A DNA stretch of 62,921 nt, filler included, from Reticulomyxa filosa (Eukaryota; Protista; Foraminifera), in assembly GCA_000512085.1 (NCBI GenBank). It is 17 parts of 17 records of this genome, joined end to end, with 100 filler letters (N's around TTAATTAATTAA, not from the genome) between each part and the next. Parts side by side here need not be neighbours in the genome. Positions count along the whole stretch, not along the records: positions 48,176 to 49,598 come from ASPP01006042.1; positions 49,699 to 50,927 come from ASPP01014861.1; positions 51,028 to 56,740 come from ASPP01019489.1; positions 56,841 to 59,596 come from ASPP01023815.1; positions 59,697 to 62,921 come from ASPP01041623.1; 12 more parts are not named here. One strand, written 5' to 3'. Both the position numbers and the translations under genes were made by a program. The notes beneath the pieces were generated by a model. That model made no database searches. It had not been told where the DNA came from and saw only the letters and a list, made by a program, of their open reading frames with translations. Below are positions 48,511 through 61,903 of the stretch, piece by piece. Position 1 is the stretch's first letter; each line of letters begins with the position of its first letter.

Positions 48511-49598
48511 GAAAAATATAGCAAATTGATGAGATGGTGGAAAGAAAGAGAAGAAAAAGATAAAACAAAGGTAATTGAAAAATGTAAGACATTGTCAAAT
48601 GAACAATTTAAACAATGGTTATTGAATGAAAGCAAATGGAAAAATGAGATTACAAAAGATGATATTGACTCTATTCTTTTTTCGATTGACGTTCACCTTG
48701 CCTTGACTCCGGTCAGTCAAGACAGTAAAGAAGAGGAGAAAGTTAATGAGTTGTGAATTTCTTTTACTCTTGATTTTTTCATCTCTATTGCAATAACAAA
48801 ATATAAAAAAAATAGCTGACAGCATATGTGATAGTGGATGAAAGAAAAAAATTGATAAAAATGAAAGAACTGACATTTGAAGAACTTCTTCGTCAAAGTT
48901 ATAATTGTTTGGAATGGAAAGACATTCAAAAAATGAGAAATGAATATTTAAAGCTTGAATTGATCAATAAGAAAGATGACATTATTGATTCGGACGAAGA
49001 TGTAAAAAGAGAATTTAAAAAGAGCCAGCCTTCATTTAAAATAATTTGGAGTCCATTCCAATCAATGATAACTGAAAAAACGAAAACAATTAAAAATGCA
49101 TTGGTGGTAATGATTGCAATTAGTGAATATAATGATAACACAAAATGGAATAATCTTCCAAATGTGAAAGAAAAAGATGTAAAAAATTTTGAACAATTAT
49201 TTCAAAAAGAATTGAATTATGAATTTGAATGCAATCAATCTCCAAAAATGACAAAAGCAGATTTGCGATCATTTTTATCTGAATCAATTATAAATCATAA
49301 ACTTCACAAAAATATTAAAAAATATGATGGATTGATAATCATAATTTGTGGATATGGAGAGAAAGGAAATATGTTAATGACAAGCGATGGAAAACTTATA
49401 TCAATTGACGAAATACGCAAAATATTTAATTGCCATGAAATGGACTCTTTCAAAGATTTTCCAAAGATATTTATTGTTGATATTTGTCGTGGCGAAAAAA
49501 TTCCAAAGGCTTATAGATTAACAATGAAAGGAATAAATATGAACAAAGATACGCCATTATATGGACATAGTGATGATGGATTTTTGACCATTTGGTCA
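48511..49598 (+). CDS. Caspase-like (peptidase C14) protein preceded by a PB1-like domain; partial at both ends
   Basis: Exons ~48511-48744 and ~48816-49598. KNALVVMIAISEY, NLPNVKEKDVKNFEQLF, YDGLIIIICGYG, FPKIFIVDICRG, DGFLTIWS. Confidence 0.85.
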
Positions 49599-49719
49599 NN
49601 NNNNNNNNNNNNNNNNNNNNNNNNNNNNNNNNNNNNNNNNNNTTAATTAATTAANNNNNNNNNNNNNNNNNNNNNNNNNNNNNNNNNNNNNNNNNNNNAG
49701 AGAGAGAGAGAAAAAAAGT

Positions 49720-50845
49720 CTTAACTTGCTTAAATAATTGAGGGGAAATATCATGGGTGGAAACAGAAATAACAATATCAATCAATCTCAAAATGCCATT
49801 GTGCCATTGAGGCGAGCCATACTCCAAAAATTGACACAAAGTTTGAGTAACCAGAGTGAATCGATCTTCACTCCCAAACACTCGAAAGTATTCTCGAAAC
49901 AATGCAACAAAAAAATCATCTGAAGTGGTATGCTGCGCGACTACTTGACATACACGAATCATCGGTTGACATTTGTCTTCATAGCTTTTCAATATTGCCA
50001 CTAAATGTTGGCAGTTCATTGCTTTCCTAGGACTTGGAGGATAGAAAAGATAGAGAGAATCATAGCAGAGCAGTGTCAACAAAAGTGACGGACACATAAA
50101 AACAATGTTAGACTTCCGTTATTGAACATAAAGAAGAAAAAAATATATATTAAACTGTGCCAACGCTCTCAATTGCAATTTAATAAAATGAGCCAAAACT
50201 GTTAGATGAAACATTTCATTTTCATGAGGATTCAAACCTTTAGCTAAGATGGCAGTCATGCGATCTAAAAACTGTCCTGTTGCCTGAATGACGGAGATTT
50301 ATTATTATTATTATTATTATTATTATAAAAAATACAAAATAAAAATACATACATATATGTATACATATACATTTTTTGATAATTAAAAAAAGCATGCACA
50401 AACATGCATATACAATACTACGTATACACATACGTCAAACAACTCTTCTCGAACGAGTGAATTTTTTAGAGTCTCGGCAATTCCAATTCCGGCAGTTTGG
50501 AACTCGAATTGGAGAGTGGGGATCATTTCTTGGATAACTTGTTCCGTGTTAAAATTGCACTTGAGTTGCACAAATTTGTTTAAAAAATTTAGCGACGATT
50601 TGTGAATGAGTCCGTGCGGTAATGTTAGCAAAATGTATGCCAAGCTAAATGTAATTCGATATTCCATTTTGTCCCATTCGTGATTTTCATTCGCGCAAGA
50701 CTCCAAAATCGTCAATGCCATTTCAAACACTGCAAACGGATAATTTTTTTGGAGTCCGACGAACAATATCAAAGAGAGCTGAATAAATAACGAACAATTG
50801 ATCGTATAACATTTCAGACTTTGAAATACATCCAATGACCTATTG
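49720..50845 (-). CDS. Furry/MOR2/TAO3-like scaffold, C-terminal region fragment; multi-exon, partial
   Basis: LFIQLSLILFVGL...VFEMALTILE and HLVAILKSY...FFVALFREYFRVF...TLCQFLEYGSPQWHNGILRLIDIVI resemble the MOR2-PAG1_C pattern. Similarity judged by eye only. Confidence 0.5.
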
Positions 50846-50891
50846 ATACCAATTCATTTGATATAAAAAAAAAAAAAATGAATTTTACTAT

Positions 50892-50927
<36 letters not shown>

Positions 50928-51029
50928 NNNNNNNNNNNNNNNNNNNNNNNNNNNNNNNNNNNNNNNNNNNNTTAATTAATTAANNNNNNNNNNNNNNNNN
51001 NNNNNNNNNNNNNNNNNNNNNNNNNNNCG

Positions 51030-51800
51030 CTCAATAGTCACAAGATTGCTGATTCTCTCTTTGAGTCCGTGAACGAGGATGTGAAATGCGACAAGCGCTG
51101 GGGGTCAATAGATATTGAATATCCTGTCAACGAAGACGAGGAGACCAAAAAAGATGGACCAAAGTCAGTTCAAATATATAAATAGTAAAGTATATTGAAA
51201 AGACCGAGTTTACACAAGCAGAGCCAATCTCATGACAGGTCACTAAATGGAATGCAATACTTTAAAAAAAAGGCTATTTTATTCGTATATGTCTTTGAAA
51301 GACATAATCGGTGATAGTGACGTGGCCATATTTGGACGCGCGTTTTGAAGAGGACTACAAGTGATAGACACAAAGGAAAAGTAATATTTATTGGCAAAGT
51401 CAATTTTTCGCCTGAAGAAATGGCAGGTGGGATCCAAATGGACATAACAGCAACATGTGTGTGTGTGTGTGTGGAAAAAAATACTTTGACACTCCGGAAG
51501 GATATGACTGCTTTGTCTCGATCGATAAAATCAGTCCTGAAGTCGAAACTGAAAAGATTGTGACCACCCAAGAAGCAAAAAGTCCAAAAATAAAAGTCAC
51601 ATCAATGCGCGGATTGATCCACTTGTTATCCAAAAAATTGGCATTACAATAACCACGACGGCACTGTGAATAACAAGAGATACTTTGTCACCAGTAAAGG
51701 TCGCAGATTCTGTATTCGACCAGAAAGCATAAAGATGACAAGGGCGTAGTTCAAATGTAACGTAATATCAACAATGTCAAGAGAATACTTTGCCAAATTG
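51030..51800 (+). pseudogene. Degenerate CAP-Gly domain gene
   Basis: KGKVIFIGKVNFSPEEMAGGIQMD...GKKYFDTPEGYDCFV and a second NHDGTVNNKRYFVTSKGRRF. Frameshifts and stops. Confidence 0.7.
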
Positions 51801-52279
51801 AAATATTCGAAATGCATTCCAAAAGAGACAACAGCTGCAATAATTGGAAATAAAGGAGTTGGATGCCGAAATTCACAATAAACAGAAGGAAAAAGAAAAC
51901 CACTAAGAAACATGACCGATCAATTGCAAATTATTTGCAACATCTCTTACGATATGCTTGTGAAAAGATTTACAGCAACGAGTTGCTCAATCAACACTTT
52001 CTCAAAAATATAGCAATCTTTGCTATATTGTCAGCAGCGCATACATCTTTTGCTTTGCTTGGGAATGGCTAAGATGTGAAAGAGACTGCACAATTGGATA
52101 AGTGAATATTATTTCTATTTGAATACACATATCACATCTCAAAGTTCGAGTATCAGATCATATCGTTACGAATTGAAATATAGTTTGATACCTACATTTT
52201 AATGTAATTTGATCACGATACAACTTTTATCATGCTTTTTGATTCTTTTTTTCTTAAAATAGAATATTTTAAAATATCT

Positions 52280-52690
52280 TTTCATCACATGCATTCCTTC
52301 TTATGTGAACATTATTCTTACCAATGTTCACACAATAATTTAGATATTTTGATGTCTCATAAACAAACACTATTGTTATGTGAGGCGGACATAAATATTG
52401 GTCATTATTAAATGTTAATAATTTAATTCCAACAATACTACTAGTATTAATTAAGTTGATATTTGTGGTACTTTCAATATTCCAAACACAAATGACTTTA
52501 TTATCACGACTGTCACTGTTATCATTGCTGGCCTCTCTTCCTCAGTTTCTTTTTTTTCACTGTTTCTTATTTCTATACTTTTTAGTTCATTTTTGCTTTC
52601 TTTTTCCTTGTCTTATTTACCATCTATTTTCTCATTGGCTTCAGACTCTACTTCTTTTTCCTCTTTTTCTTTATCATTTTCTTGATACTA
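52280..52690 (-). pseudogene. Possible decayed WD40 gene fragment
   Basis: Minus strand reads SRDNKVICVWNIESTT...NDQYLC...VCL*DIKISKLL with stops. Confidence 0.35.
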
Positions 52691-53599
52691 ACTCTAAACA
52701 GTAAAAGAGGGCAAAATCAGTCTATTGCATATTACCACTTGCAATTAATTCCAGTTATCAGTTTTTTCAAAGACGCAAGTGAAAACTAGACGAACCAAAT
52801 CAATCTATTTACATATTTTCGACTTTTTTTCAAATATTAAATTAAACTTTTTGCGAGAAATTTAATTAGATTAAAGAACTGGAGATTGGAAGTTGAAATT
52901 ATTATTCCAAAAAAATGCACACAAAAAGAAATTTTTTACTTGCGATAAATATCACACCAACTTGACGCTGTTCGAATTTCACTTCACTCTTGCTAGAACC
53001 GCAACCACTACAACAACTTTTCAATTGCTCGATAGACAGGTATCTTTGGAGGTCTATGTTATATACGTATGTAATTGACCATACATATTTCAATCACATT
53101 ATAAGAAAACATTATAACTTGGAATATATGTTGCGCACATGACATGATAATAATCAGCTCACCACTTTCAAATTGTTCGATTTCCTTTCAATATATCATG
53201 CATGCACCATATTACATGATATGGACCTTCAATTTTTTTTCAAATTCAATTCATACCGTCACTAAAATCGTATGTGTTCAATGACAGGCACACATGTTGT
53301 AATGTGGCTCCATGATTCGTTATATTGAATTTCCATCAGCAACAACTTGACAATGGTTTGCCACTTTGTTTACTTTCATGTCTGCAATCATCGATACCTA
53401 TTGCAACCGTTGTTGTTGCTATTATTGCTGGGAACGCACTGCAGTATTAATGGAAATATGAACAGCGACAAATGTCCATTTTCATTTGTACACTTTTAAA
53501 TATCTATTTAAAATTTCAAGCAATGGACCCAATCATGATCATAACGTCAGGTTACAGGAAAGAGGAACGCGCAACAGCAGAAAATCCTTGTGACGTGAT

Positions 53600-56500
53600 C
53601 AATTGAATTATTGTTGTTGTTACTTTTCGCTACAAATGGCACAGCATCACCAAAATATTTGCTCAACACAATATCAGTCCGATGTCTCGAAACAATTGTC
53701 ATACCAGTCAAGCAGCTTCCATTGGGAGTTTCAGAATACTCTTTTTTTTCTTTTTATCCACGATATTCTCTAACTACAAAGTCCATTCCGCTCTTGTCAT
53801 CGCCCTTGAGATGAGGGACATATCTTGGCCTTGTCGAATGGACGTATAGTCATGAACGCGAGAATTTCGAATAACGATCATTATCCAATGTTTGATTTGA
53901 TGATCCAATGAAGGAAGTCACCATTCTTGTTTTGTTTTTTTTTTCATTATTGAGCATATTCGTTGTTGTCGGTTTTTTTTTTTTGGTATGGGCTTCGTCT
54001 TTCTTGCTCTTTTGAGTGCCATGGCTCAACTTGCTTTTTGAGTGTGCCAAAGGTCCCTATGCATCTCTGCATTTCGATTGTTGTTCTGTGCCATAAAATT
54101 AGCGTCAATTTTCACAACGATCGGGTTTCTCTTGTTCGCTGGTGCCTTCGGATTTCCACTTGATATTGTCACCACCTGTTCAGCAGCTTCCATTGAATTC
54201 GATCATGCTTTTATAATATCGGATGAATGGTGACTGGAGGAATTAGCAGTTTTCTGTCGAATTGGTGCTTTGAATATTTCTTGGAATGTCGACATGTTTT
54301 AATACACGTCCTTGAGCTATAAATCAAAGTTGGAGTTTGTCTTTTTTTATTGGCATTTGTCTTTGCCTTTGTGTCATGATCAGTTCGGATATTGCATCGT
54401 CGATATCGAATTGCTCAAAAAATTCATTGTCCGTTCACCTAACGATACCGAGATCGAAGACTGTCGATTAGAATCGCAAAAAGAGGATATCCACAAAGTG
54501 TAATTTCAGCATGCAGCCCAAACACAAGTCGATTTGCTCACATTTTGGGATTGGAAAAACCAATCTCATTTGGGTTTGCTCCCATGACGATAGCAGTGAT
54601 CCACTCACCATGCTGACGCTTTTGTAAGCTCCAGTAGGGTTTTGTAACTTCACATTATGGAGGCTCGGATCACAGACAACCCATCGCTTTGGTGGACATG
54701 TAAAGTAATGTATTCCTTTGTACATGCATCCTTCACACCTGATCTTGCTCGTCTGTTGCGAAAATGCATGGTGGCCAATGAAACGGATTGTGGCCACCAT
54801 GCCATTGGTAAATTCCAGTCTCACCCAATCAAGAGACTTATCGTCGCTTTTTTCGTTGTTGTCTTAGTCCGAACTCGTTCAATGCTGAAGGGTGAACGAG
54901 TCATGCTATGTCAGTGATTCAAACTGAAGTGCATTGTTCGTTCGACATCGACGTTTATTGATTCTCCGATCCACACGTCGATCTTGATATAACATATATC
55001 TCTCTCTTTCGTTCGTATCTTCCATGTTTTTTTAAATATATCCATGACGTCCATATGTTCAATTTCAATGCTGTATTTTGGAATGTCGTCTTCGTCGATT
55101 GCCGTTTTGATTACGTGTTTTTGCACAAATATGTCGTCGTCCAGGTCTTTTTTTTTTTTTTAAAAAAAAGATATTGTATTTTTGTTTTGTTCATTTGTCC
55201 TCCTATCCCTTCTATCTCAATAACAAACCTGCATATGAAGCGTCTCATTACCTTTAGGTATTTTTCATCTAGCTCAATGTCGTATACGTTCTCTCCATTC
55301 GTATCGTATTTTCTATTTTTCCAAATTTCAAAGTTCAGCATTGCATATCGTTTAAAAAAAATAAAAATAGTCAGATTAACTCCTTTTTTTTTTCCTCGTG
55401 TCAATATGCACTCGTTGTCCAATGCTGTGTTTGCTTTCTTTCCTTTCGTCATCGTCACTGTGACCTGTCGCTATGGTTTCCACTTTTGGAATCGATTGAA
55501 TGGTGGCAATTGGACTTTGTTTGACGAAAATACCTCTCCCTTTGGGACACTGCATTTTACACTCGAATCAAATCATTCTCAATTGATACATGTCTTTTAA
55601 CTTCAACATTGGATGTACACGTCATCATGAGCACCAGGAATTCATACGTCTATAAAGAAAAGACAAAATATTATTCATTACACATAAAAAAAAAAAAAAT
55701 TGTTTCTAAAAAAACAAATCTAGTTCAATGCCAATAACTTCGCCATCGGAAAAAGGAGGATAACCAATGTATTTGATAACACCTATTGTCTCCATTGACG
55801 AAGATTGATGCGATCGTTGGAATTGGATGGTTTCAATTGGGGGATCGTATTTGAGATTTTCGGACCGTAATGGCGATTGCGGAGGTCGTTATCGTTATTG
55901 TCGTCAGTTTGCTTTCCTACATCAAAACAAAATCCAACAACAATCAAGTACTTATTTTATTTTATTTTTTTTTTCTAAAAACAAATAAATAAATCATACA
56001 ACTGTTCCTAGATTCTCCACAACGAAGTTATATCAGGAGCACACTAGAATGCAATAAGATGAAATTAAAACAAAACAAGAATAAATTGAAACTAACTTTG
56101 AAATAAGTCTTTCTTCGCAAAGTTCCGTTGATTTGTGTTAGGATGCCAACTATACAGCTCAATTCCACTTCTGCTTCTTCCTCGCTTTCTCGTTCTTTGT
56201 CTTCAATTACTTTTTTGATATCGTCTAAAGATATTTCGTCATTGCTTCCGTTCGCTGGTCGAATGTCTCGCAAAGTTGGAGAAGGGGATGCTTCCAAATG
56301 ATACAACTCTTATTTGAATTAGTCTCGATCTGGTCTTTATGGAATGATTCTTTGTTGCAAGCGTTTTTCTTACTTTCCTCTCACTATTATGTTTGCCACG
56401 TAACGTCGACGAGCAAGTATCCACTGTTTTCGGCACTATATTGAAACACGCACAAATATGATAATACAAGGTAAGTCGAGTCTCTTTTTGTCGTTGTTGT

Positions 56501-56740
56501 GGATTTGGAAATATTTTTTTCATCGTAGTCATTGATTCACCAATCATCGAGTTCGACTCCCAACATTTCTTTATCAAAACTAAAATCAGCACACATTGAC
56601 TTTTCCGTCACTGCCACCTCCCCCCCCCCCGTGTACATTGAGCAACACCAAAACGACCACTTCTTCACCTTTACTAATTTTAACGAATTTAACCTCGCTT
56701 CATTTTGCCACGAGCCCAATCTCAAGCAGTAAATCCCACA
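53600..56740 (-). pseudogene. Multi-CAP-Gly domain gene, frameshifted/degenerate
   Basis: At least four CAP-Gly remnants: DKEMLGVELDDW (~56560), VGILTQINGTLRRKTYFK (~56120), GVIKYIGYPPFSDGEVIGIEL (~55760), IRFIGHHAF...YKGIHYFTCPPKR (~54720). No continuous frame links them. Confidence 0.68.
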
Positions 56741-56840
56741 NNNNNNNNNNNNNNNNNNNNNNNNNNNNNNNNNNNNNNNNNNNNTTAATTAATTAANNNN
56801 NNNNNNNNNNNNNNNNNNNNNNNNNNNNNNNNNNNNNNNN

Positions 56841-56877
<37 letters not shown>

Positions 56878-56879
56878 GA

Positions 56880-57713
56880 AAACAGGCGAGGGCGTGCAAT
56901 AATTGAAAAAACAAAATCCACACGTCAAAAGGATGCATGGCAACGTTTTTAAAAATGTGAATGAGCTTGTCCATGGTTTGGAGGTGGACATGACTGTAAC
57001 GATGCTTGTCTTTGTATGAACTGCGCACGTGTTTGAAGAGGAATTTGGATGGCTTGTCACTGAATGTGTCTTTACAAACGCCTTCTGTTTTCTGCGCTTG
57101 ATGGTCCATCTGCTTCTTGATCTTGTCCACGCTCTCCAAGTTCATTTGCGAAATGTATTCCAAATGCTGCTGCAACGTCACTTCGAAATATGGAAATACA
57201 AAGTAACAGTGACGCTTGTACCATCCATGTCCCAATAGCTCAATCACAAATGGACACCTGATCTTTGGGTTCTCTTTTTCACCCAAGTTATTACTACTTA
57301 TCCGTTTCAACACTCGCAATTCACGGTTAATATATGTCTGTTCAAACAAATAAAAATAAGTGAATACATAAATTAAATAATAATAATAATAATAATAATA
57401 ATGATAACGATAACGTTTCTTTTTTAACTTCATCACCGTCTCTTTCCGGTAATTTTAATATTTTTATCGCTTTGTAATTCTTTTCTTCTGTGTCATAGGC
57501 GCAATACACTGATCCGTAACGACCCTTTCCGTGGTCGAGTTCCATCTCTTCGATCCCCTTTGGCTTCTCGAGCTTGTAACGCTTATCTATCACTAACTGG
57601 TCACTAAACTCCATAAAACCCTTTTCATTGCAGATATAAAGAGAATTATTCCAAGGCAGGTCTTGCCGCGACTTATAACTAAAGTCAGCTTCGACATGCT
57701 CTAGTTTCGCCAT
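56880..57713 (-). CDS. Ser/Thr protein kinase (CMGC-like), subdomains I-VIa; 3' partial
   Basis: HGKGRYGSVYCA, KAIKIL, |TYINRELRVLKRI, FVIELL, YFVFPY, ILFFQLLHALAC. Intron ~57339-57437. Confidence 0.88.
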
Positions 57714-59705
57714 GTATTCTGTAGCTTTTTTTTTTCTCCCGCTTATTTTTCTTTGTTTCCAAAAAACAGTCCAAAACGGAGCTTCGTGTTATTCAATCTA
57801 ATCTTAGATTAAATAAAAGAATGCGGGTATTGACACAAATATCGTTTTTTTGAACAACCACTCACTTGAGTTCAAATTACGAAATAATATTTTCATTCCA
57901 CTGAAATAATAGCAAATGATATTTATTTCATGTTGAAACAAATTCGAAGTTAAAATTGCACTAATTGAATAGGTTATAATCAAATAATTCATTTCTCAAA
58001 AATTTAAATTATTCAATGTTTTTTTTAATAAAGTGTGACATTGAGTTTAGATGCAAAAACTTTTTATTCTTGTATATTATTTTCCATCAGTTGTAATTTT
58101 TCATATTAAACAAAAAGAAAATAGTACAAATGTATTCTTTCTATCAACAAAACAAAGGTTAATTAGCTTTAGTTTTCTTTTTTGGTTTTTGCCAAGTTTT
58201 GGATAGCAGAACTTTGCCACTTGGCTATAAATATATCAACCAAGATCCAAAGACTTTATTGAGATATTGTACAAATTTCTTATATTGCAATATCAAACTA
58301 TCCATAGCTGAGGAAACGTTCTAAACTATTGAAAGAAAAACAGTTTTTACTTGTTCTTTCAGCTTGGTCTTTTGAAAGTTCTTTATCATTGCTTGTAAAA
58401 GTAGTGCAAGCATGGTACAGTTGCAGCCAGGTTTATTTTGTCTTTTCTTTGAACTGAAAGGAAGTTTGAAACAGTCTAGAAGATTTTAAAAAATTGCTTT
58501 CGCATTTATTCGAAAGAAGACAAAAAAGACAATGATTTTATTTTTAACGGCAAATGAATATCAATTTCTTTTCTCAGAGGAATTCGAAAATAAATTAGCT
58601 AATCAAACAACGCATTACTTTTCTTCAAAAAAAGTTTTAGAAAATTTGTAAGTGATATCTATCAAACGCAAAAGAATTTATAATATGTTTCATTCTAATT
58701 TTGAATAAATATTAATGTTATAAAAAGTGTTGTGCATGTAATGAAATTGGGGAGTATAATTAAAATTTAAATGTGTGTTTATTAGGCGAAAATACGCCCA
58801 ATTGTTGCCCAAGTCAAGGGCATCCTCTTGATGTATTTTTTTTTTTTTTTGTAATTATCATGATGATCCGGCTACAGAAAGATATCATTTATTTATACCC
58901 TATTTATTTAACATGAATAACACTTTTTTTTTAAAAAAATGCTTTGTTTTTTCACCTTTAAAAAAAATATTGATTTTTAGTTTGTGATAACATATTTTGC
59001 ATGACAGAATGATAATACAATAAAATAATGTGATTGTTAGACGAAAAAAGTTTAGCAAATTTACACTGTATTTTTCAACATTAGCACCAAGGTATATGAC
59101 CATGCCAATAAAATAATCGATGCATTTGTAATTTCTTTAATCGATAGCACATTATTTCAGTAGATGACCGTTTTGTATACTTGTGATGTGAATGTTAAAT
59201 GAAAATGATCGACAAAACGGACAAGTAATAGTTGATTGCTAATCAAAAATTATTTATTCATCAATGCAGAGCCAGTTATAAATATAAGGCATTTGAATGC
59301 CAGTATATCATTTGCAAGGCGTTCAACAAATTGTTTTTTCAAAATATGTCAAACACAAAGAGAGTTAATATTCGTCTGTTTTGTGTGGGCTGTCTGAACA
59401 AAAAAATTTATAAGATACATAAAACATTATAATTCTTTTGAATTTATCCAATTTGTATTGTTCATCTTGACAAAATGTTGTCAAAAAAAATTAAACTTTT
59501 TTGTGACAATTTATAGTTCAAACAACCACTGGAGGCATTGAATTATTGAGATATAAAAATGATGGAACAGCAAATGTGGGGTCGAATGAAATAACANNNN
59601 NNNNNNNNNNNNNNNNNNNNNNNNNNNNNNNNNNNNNNNNTTAATTAATTAANNNNNNNNNNNNNNNNNNNNNNNNNNNNNNNNNNNNNNNNNNNNAAAA
59701 AAAAA

Positions 59706-60018
59706 CTTGGATGATCTTTAGGGCATAAGTAAAATGAGTTCGCGGGTCGACAACTTTGTACACTGTTGCACTTGTACCGGTCCCCATTGGAATCAACAAT
59801 TGCAAAGACCCTATCCATTCGAAACTTTTCACTTGTTGGATGCTGTCCATTGAGTCTATTGGCCTTTTGTCAATCTCATTTTCTTTGTCGCTTTCGCTCG
59901 TTTCCTTGGCTGCTTGTCTCTTTGCTGTTTTTAAATATTTCTCTTTTCTGTCGCTTTTCTTTAGTAAGTCGGGCAGTTTTGTCGAAACTGAAAAACAAGA
60001 CGACAAGTGGTTGCCCAT
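59706..60018 (-). CDS. Protein kinase, N-terminal exon with probable myristoylation signal; 3' partial
   Basis: Starts MGNHLSSC. MGTGTSATVYKV...YALKII are subdomains I-II, followed by a GT donor. Confidence 0.8.
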
Positions 60019-60426
60019 CACTTCGATCAATGTATTGAGAAAATTTAATAGTTGATTGTGTATTTTCCTGATTTGTTCCCTTTTCTTTCCTTTGTCCAAG
60101 TAAACTTTAAAAATGTTCCTTCTTCCTTTTAAACACAACACGGCAAAACTGCCTTGAACTGTCAAAAAGGGTCGTTTATCTCTTGTGATCCAAGGCATAA
60201 TGATTTGTTGTGCTATTTAACTTTTGAATAAATCTAATTGGCAAAAATACCTTATCTTCCGTAGTGAGACATCACTGCTTTCAAACAGATTCAATGCATG
60301 TTAAATGCACTTACGATTATATTTTGCTACTTTGACACTTAAAACAAAATTTAAAAAATGATAAGGAAAACATTGAAATATTTTTTTTCAGTTTTGATTT
60401 GTTTCTTTGAATCAAAGTATTCCTCT

Positions 60427-61903
60427 CTACTTTAAAAAAATTTTCATTCCAGTGCCAACTTGTCTGCTAGAGTAACCACTACCGATAAACGCTCGTAATT
60501 CAAAGGTCCCTATGTTATTTTGTTAGATTTGTTACAGTAAAGTTGAGCAAGAAAGAGTATACGGAAAAAAAGTAAGAAGATCATCGTACACTCCAAAGTA
60601 TAGTACCTTTTTGCTTGCATGTCATTGTGGTGTTACCAACGATGTTAGACAAATTATGGCTGCAAAGAATTTCTGAGACAATTTTTTGTCCAGCACTCAC
60701 TGAAATTGGAACCAGCTGAATCGAACAGGAGTTCTTCGCCTGCGGCTGTGATGCAATCTCGCTCTGACTAAAATTGTACTGTATGTATTGCATTTATTTT
60801 GTTTGTCCATTTACAAAGATGTAACCAACATCTGGCCCTGTTCAAAACAAAACAAATGAGCAAACTTGGACATTAAAACTGGAAGTCCCTCCGACTTTGC
60901 GAATATCACCGATCTGGAAAAACAGATGAGGCCTGTTTGTGGACTTGAAATTTTTGACGTTGTGGGTATTAAGGCAATAGAATGCCAAAATGTCAATGGT
61001 ATCATCCTTGGACAAGACATTTGTGGGCAGGACATTGGCAACGAAAAACGCAGGTGTCATCAATGGAAACCTAATTTCAAAAATAAATGAGTGCATCTGT
61101 TGATAACAGCTATTGCTATTATTCTCCTCTTTCGATCTTTATGCACACAATATGTACAAACGGTATATTTTGCAAAAGGGATTTGGAAAGTGATAATAAT
61201 AGCAACAATAACAAAAAAAACCAAAACACAAAATAAAAGCACTTTTCAGCGTTTTCTTGGGCTTGACTCCATTTCACGCAAGCCGTCCATAACAGCTCCT
61301 CATTCACGTCGCAGCAGTTCTCAAGGAACAGCTTGACAGCCCCACTTTTCAATTGAGTAAATTCTTTCGATTCGATAAATCGCCCGAGCCATTGGTCTTG
61401 AAACAAAATATCTTTCCACAAACTGTCCAGTTGATACTCGTATAGTTCATTGAGAATATGCACAATTGATTCCATATTTGTGCGCGCTAAAATAAACTTT
61501 ACACATCTTTTCTTCAACCCCTTAATCAAATACTTGTTCGAAATGTACAGAACCTCGCTGACCATTTCTTCATCTAGTTTTGCTTTGACCCCATAACACA
61601 CATGCCGAATAAAATCAAAGCACTTTGGACTCATATCATTGATACGTACAACAGAGCCATGTGCAACTCTCTCTTCTAATGTCACGCCAAAAAATAATGT
61701 ACGAAATATCTCTGAATGTGCCGCTAGAGATTCTCTAGGATACACGGAAATTGGACAGATTCCCCTGTCTTTTGATCTATTATTTCAACTATAACATTAG
61801 ACAGGCTCTTCTCTGTAAACAGCTTTGAAACACTAGTATTAAAAGACGTTGGGTCCATGGTGACAAATACTTCTTTTAAGGCTTGAGCATTATCACTTGA
61901 CAT
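60427..61903 (-). CDS. BTB/POZ-BACK domain protein (BTBD1/2/3/6-like Cullin-3 adaptor)
   Basis: LSNVIVEI...FPCI/RESLAAHSEIFRTLFFG, VSEVLYISNKYLIKGLKKRC, NEELLWTACVKWS, IRFPLMTPAFFVANV. Frameshift near 61735, introns downstream, stop at 60427-60429. Confidence 0.85.

Noticed and set aside
45613-49598. Treating the CUE/Zn fragment and the caspase fragment as a physical gene cluster
   Set aside because: They are separated by a spacer and lie on different contigs, so adjacency carries no information.
1603-59696. Regularly recurring TTAATTAATTAA flanked by N runs, superficially a repeat array or CRISPR-like pattern
   Set aside because: Artificial six-frame-stop contig linker with identical 44+12+44 geometry each time.
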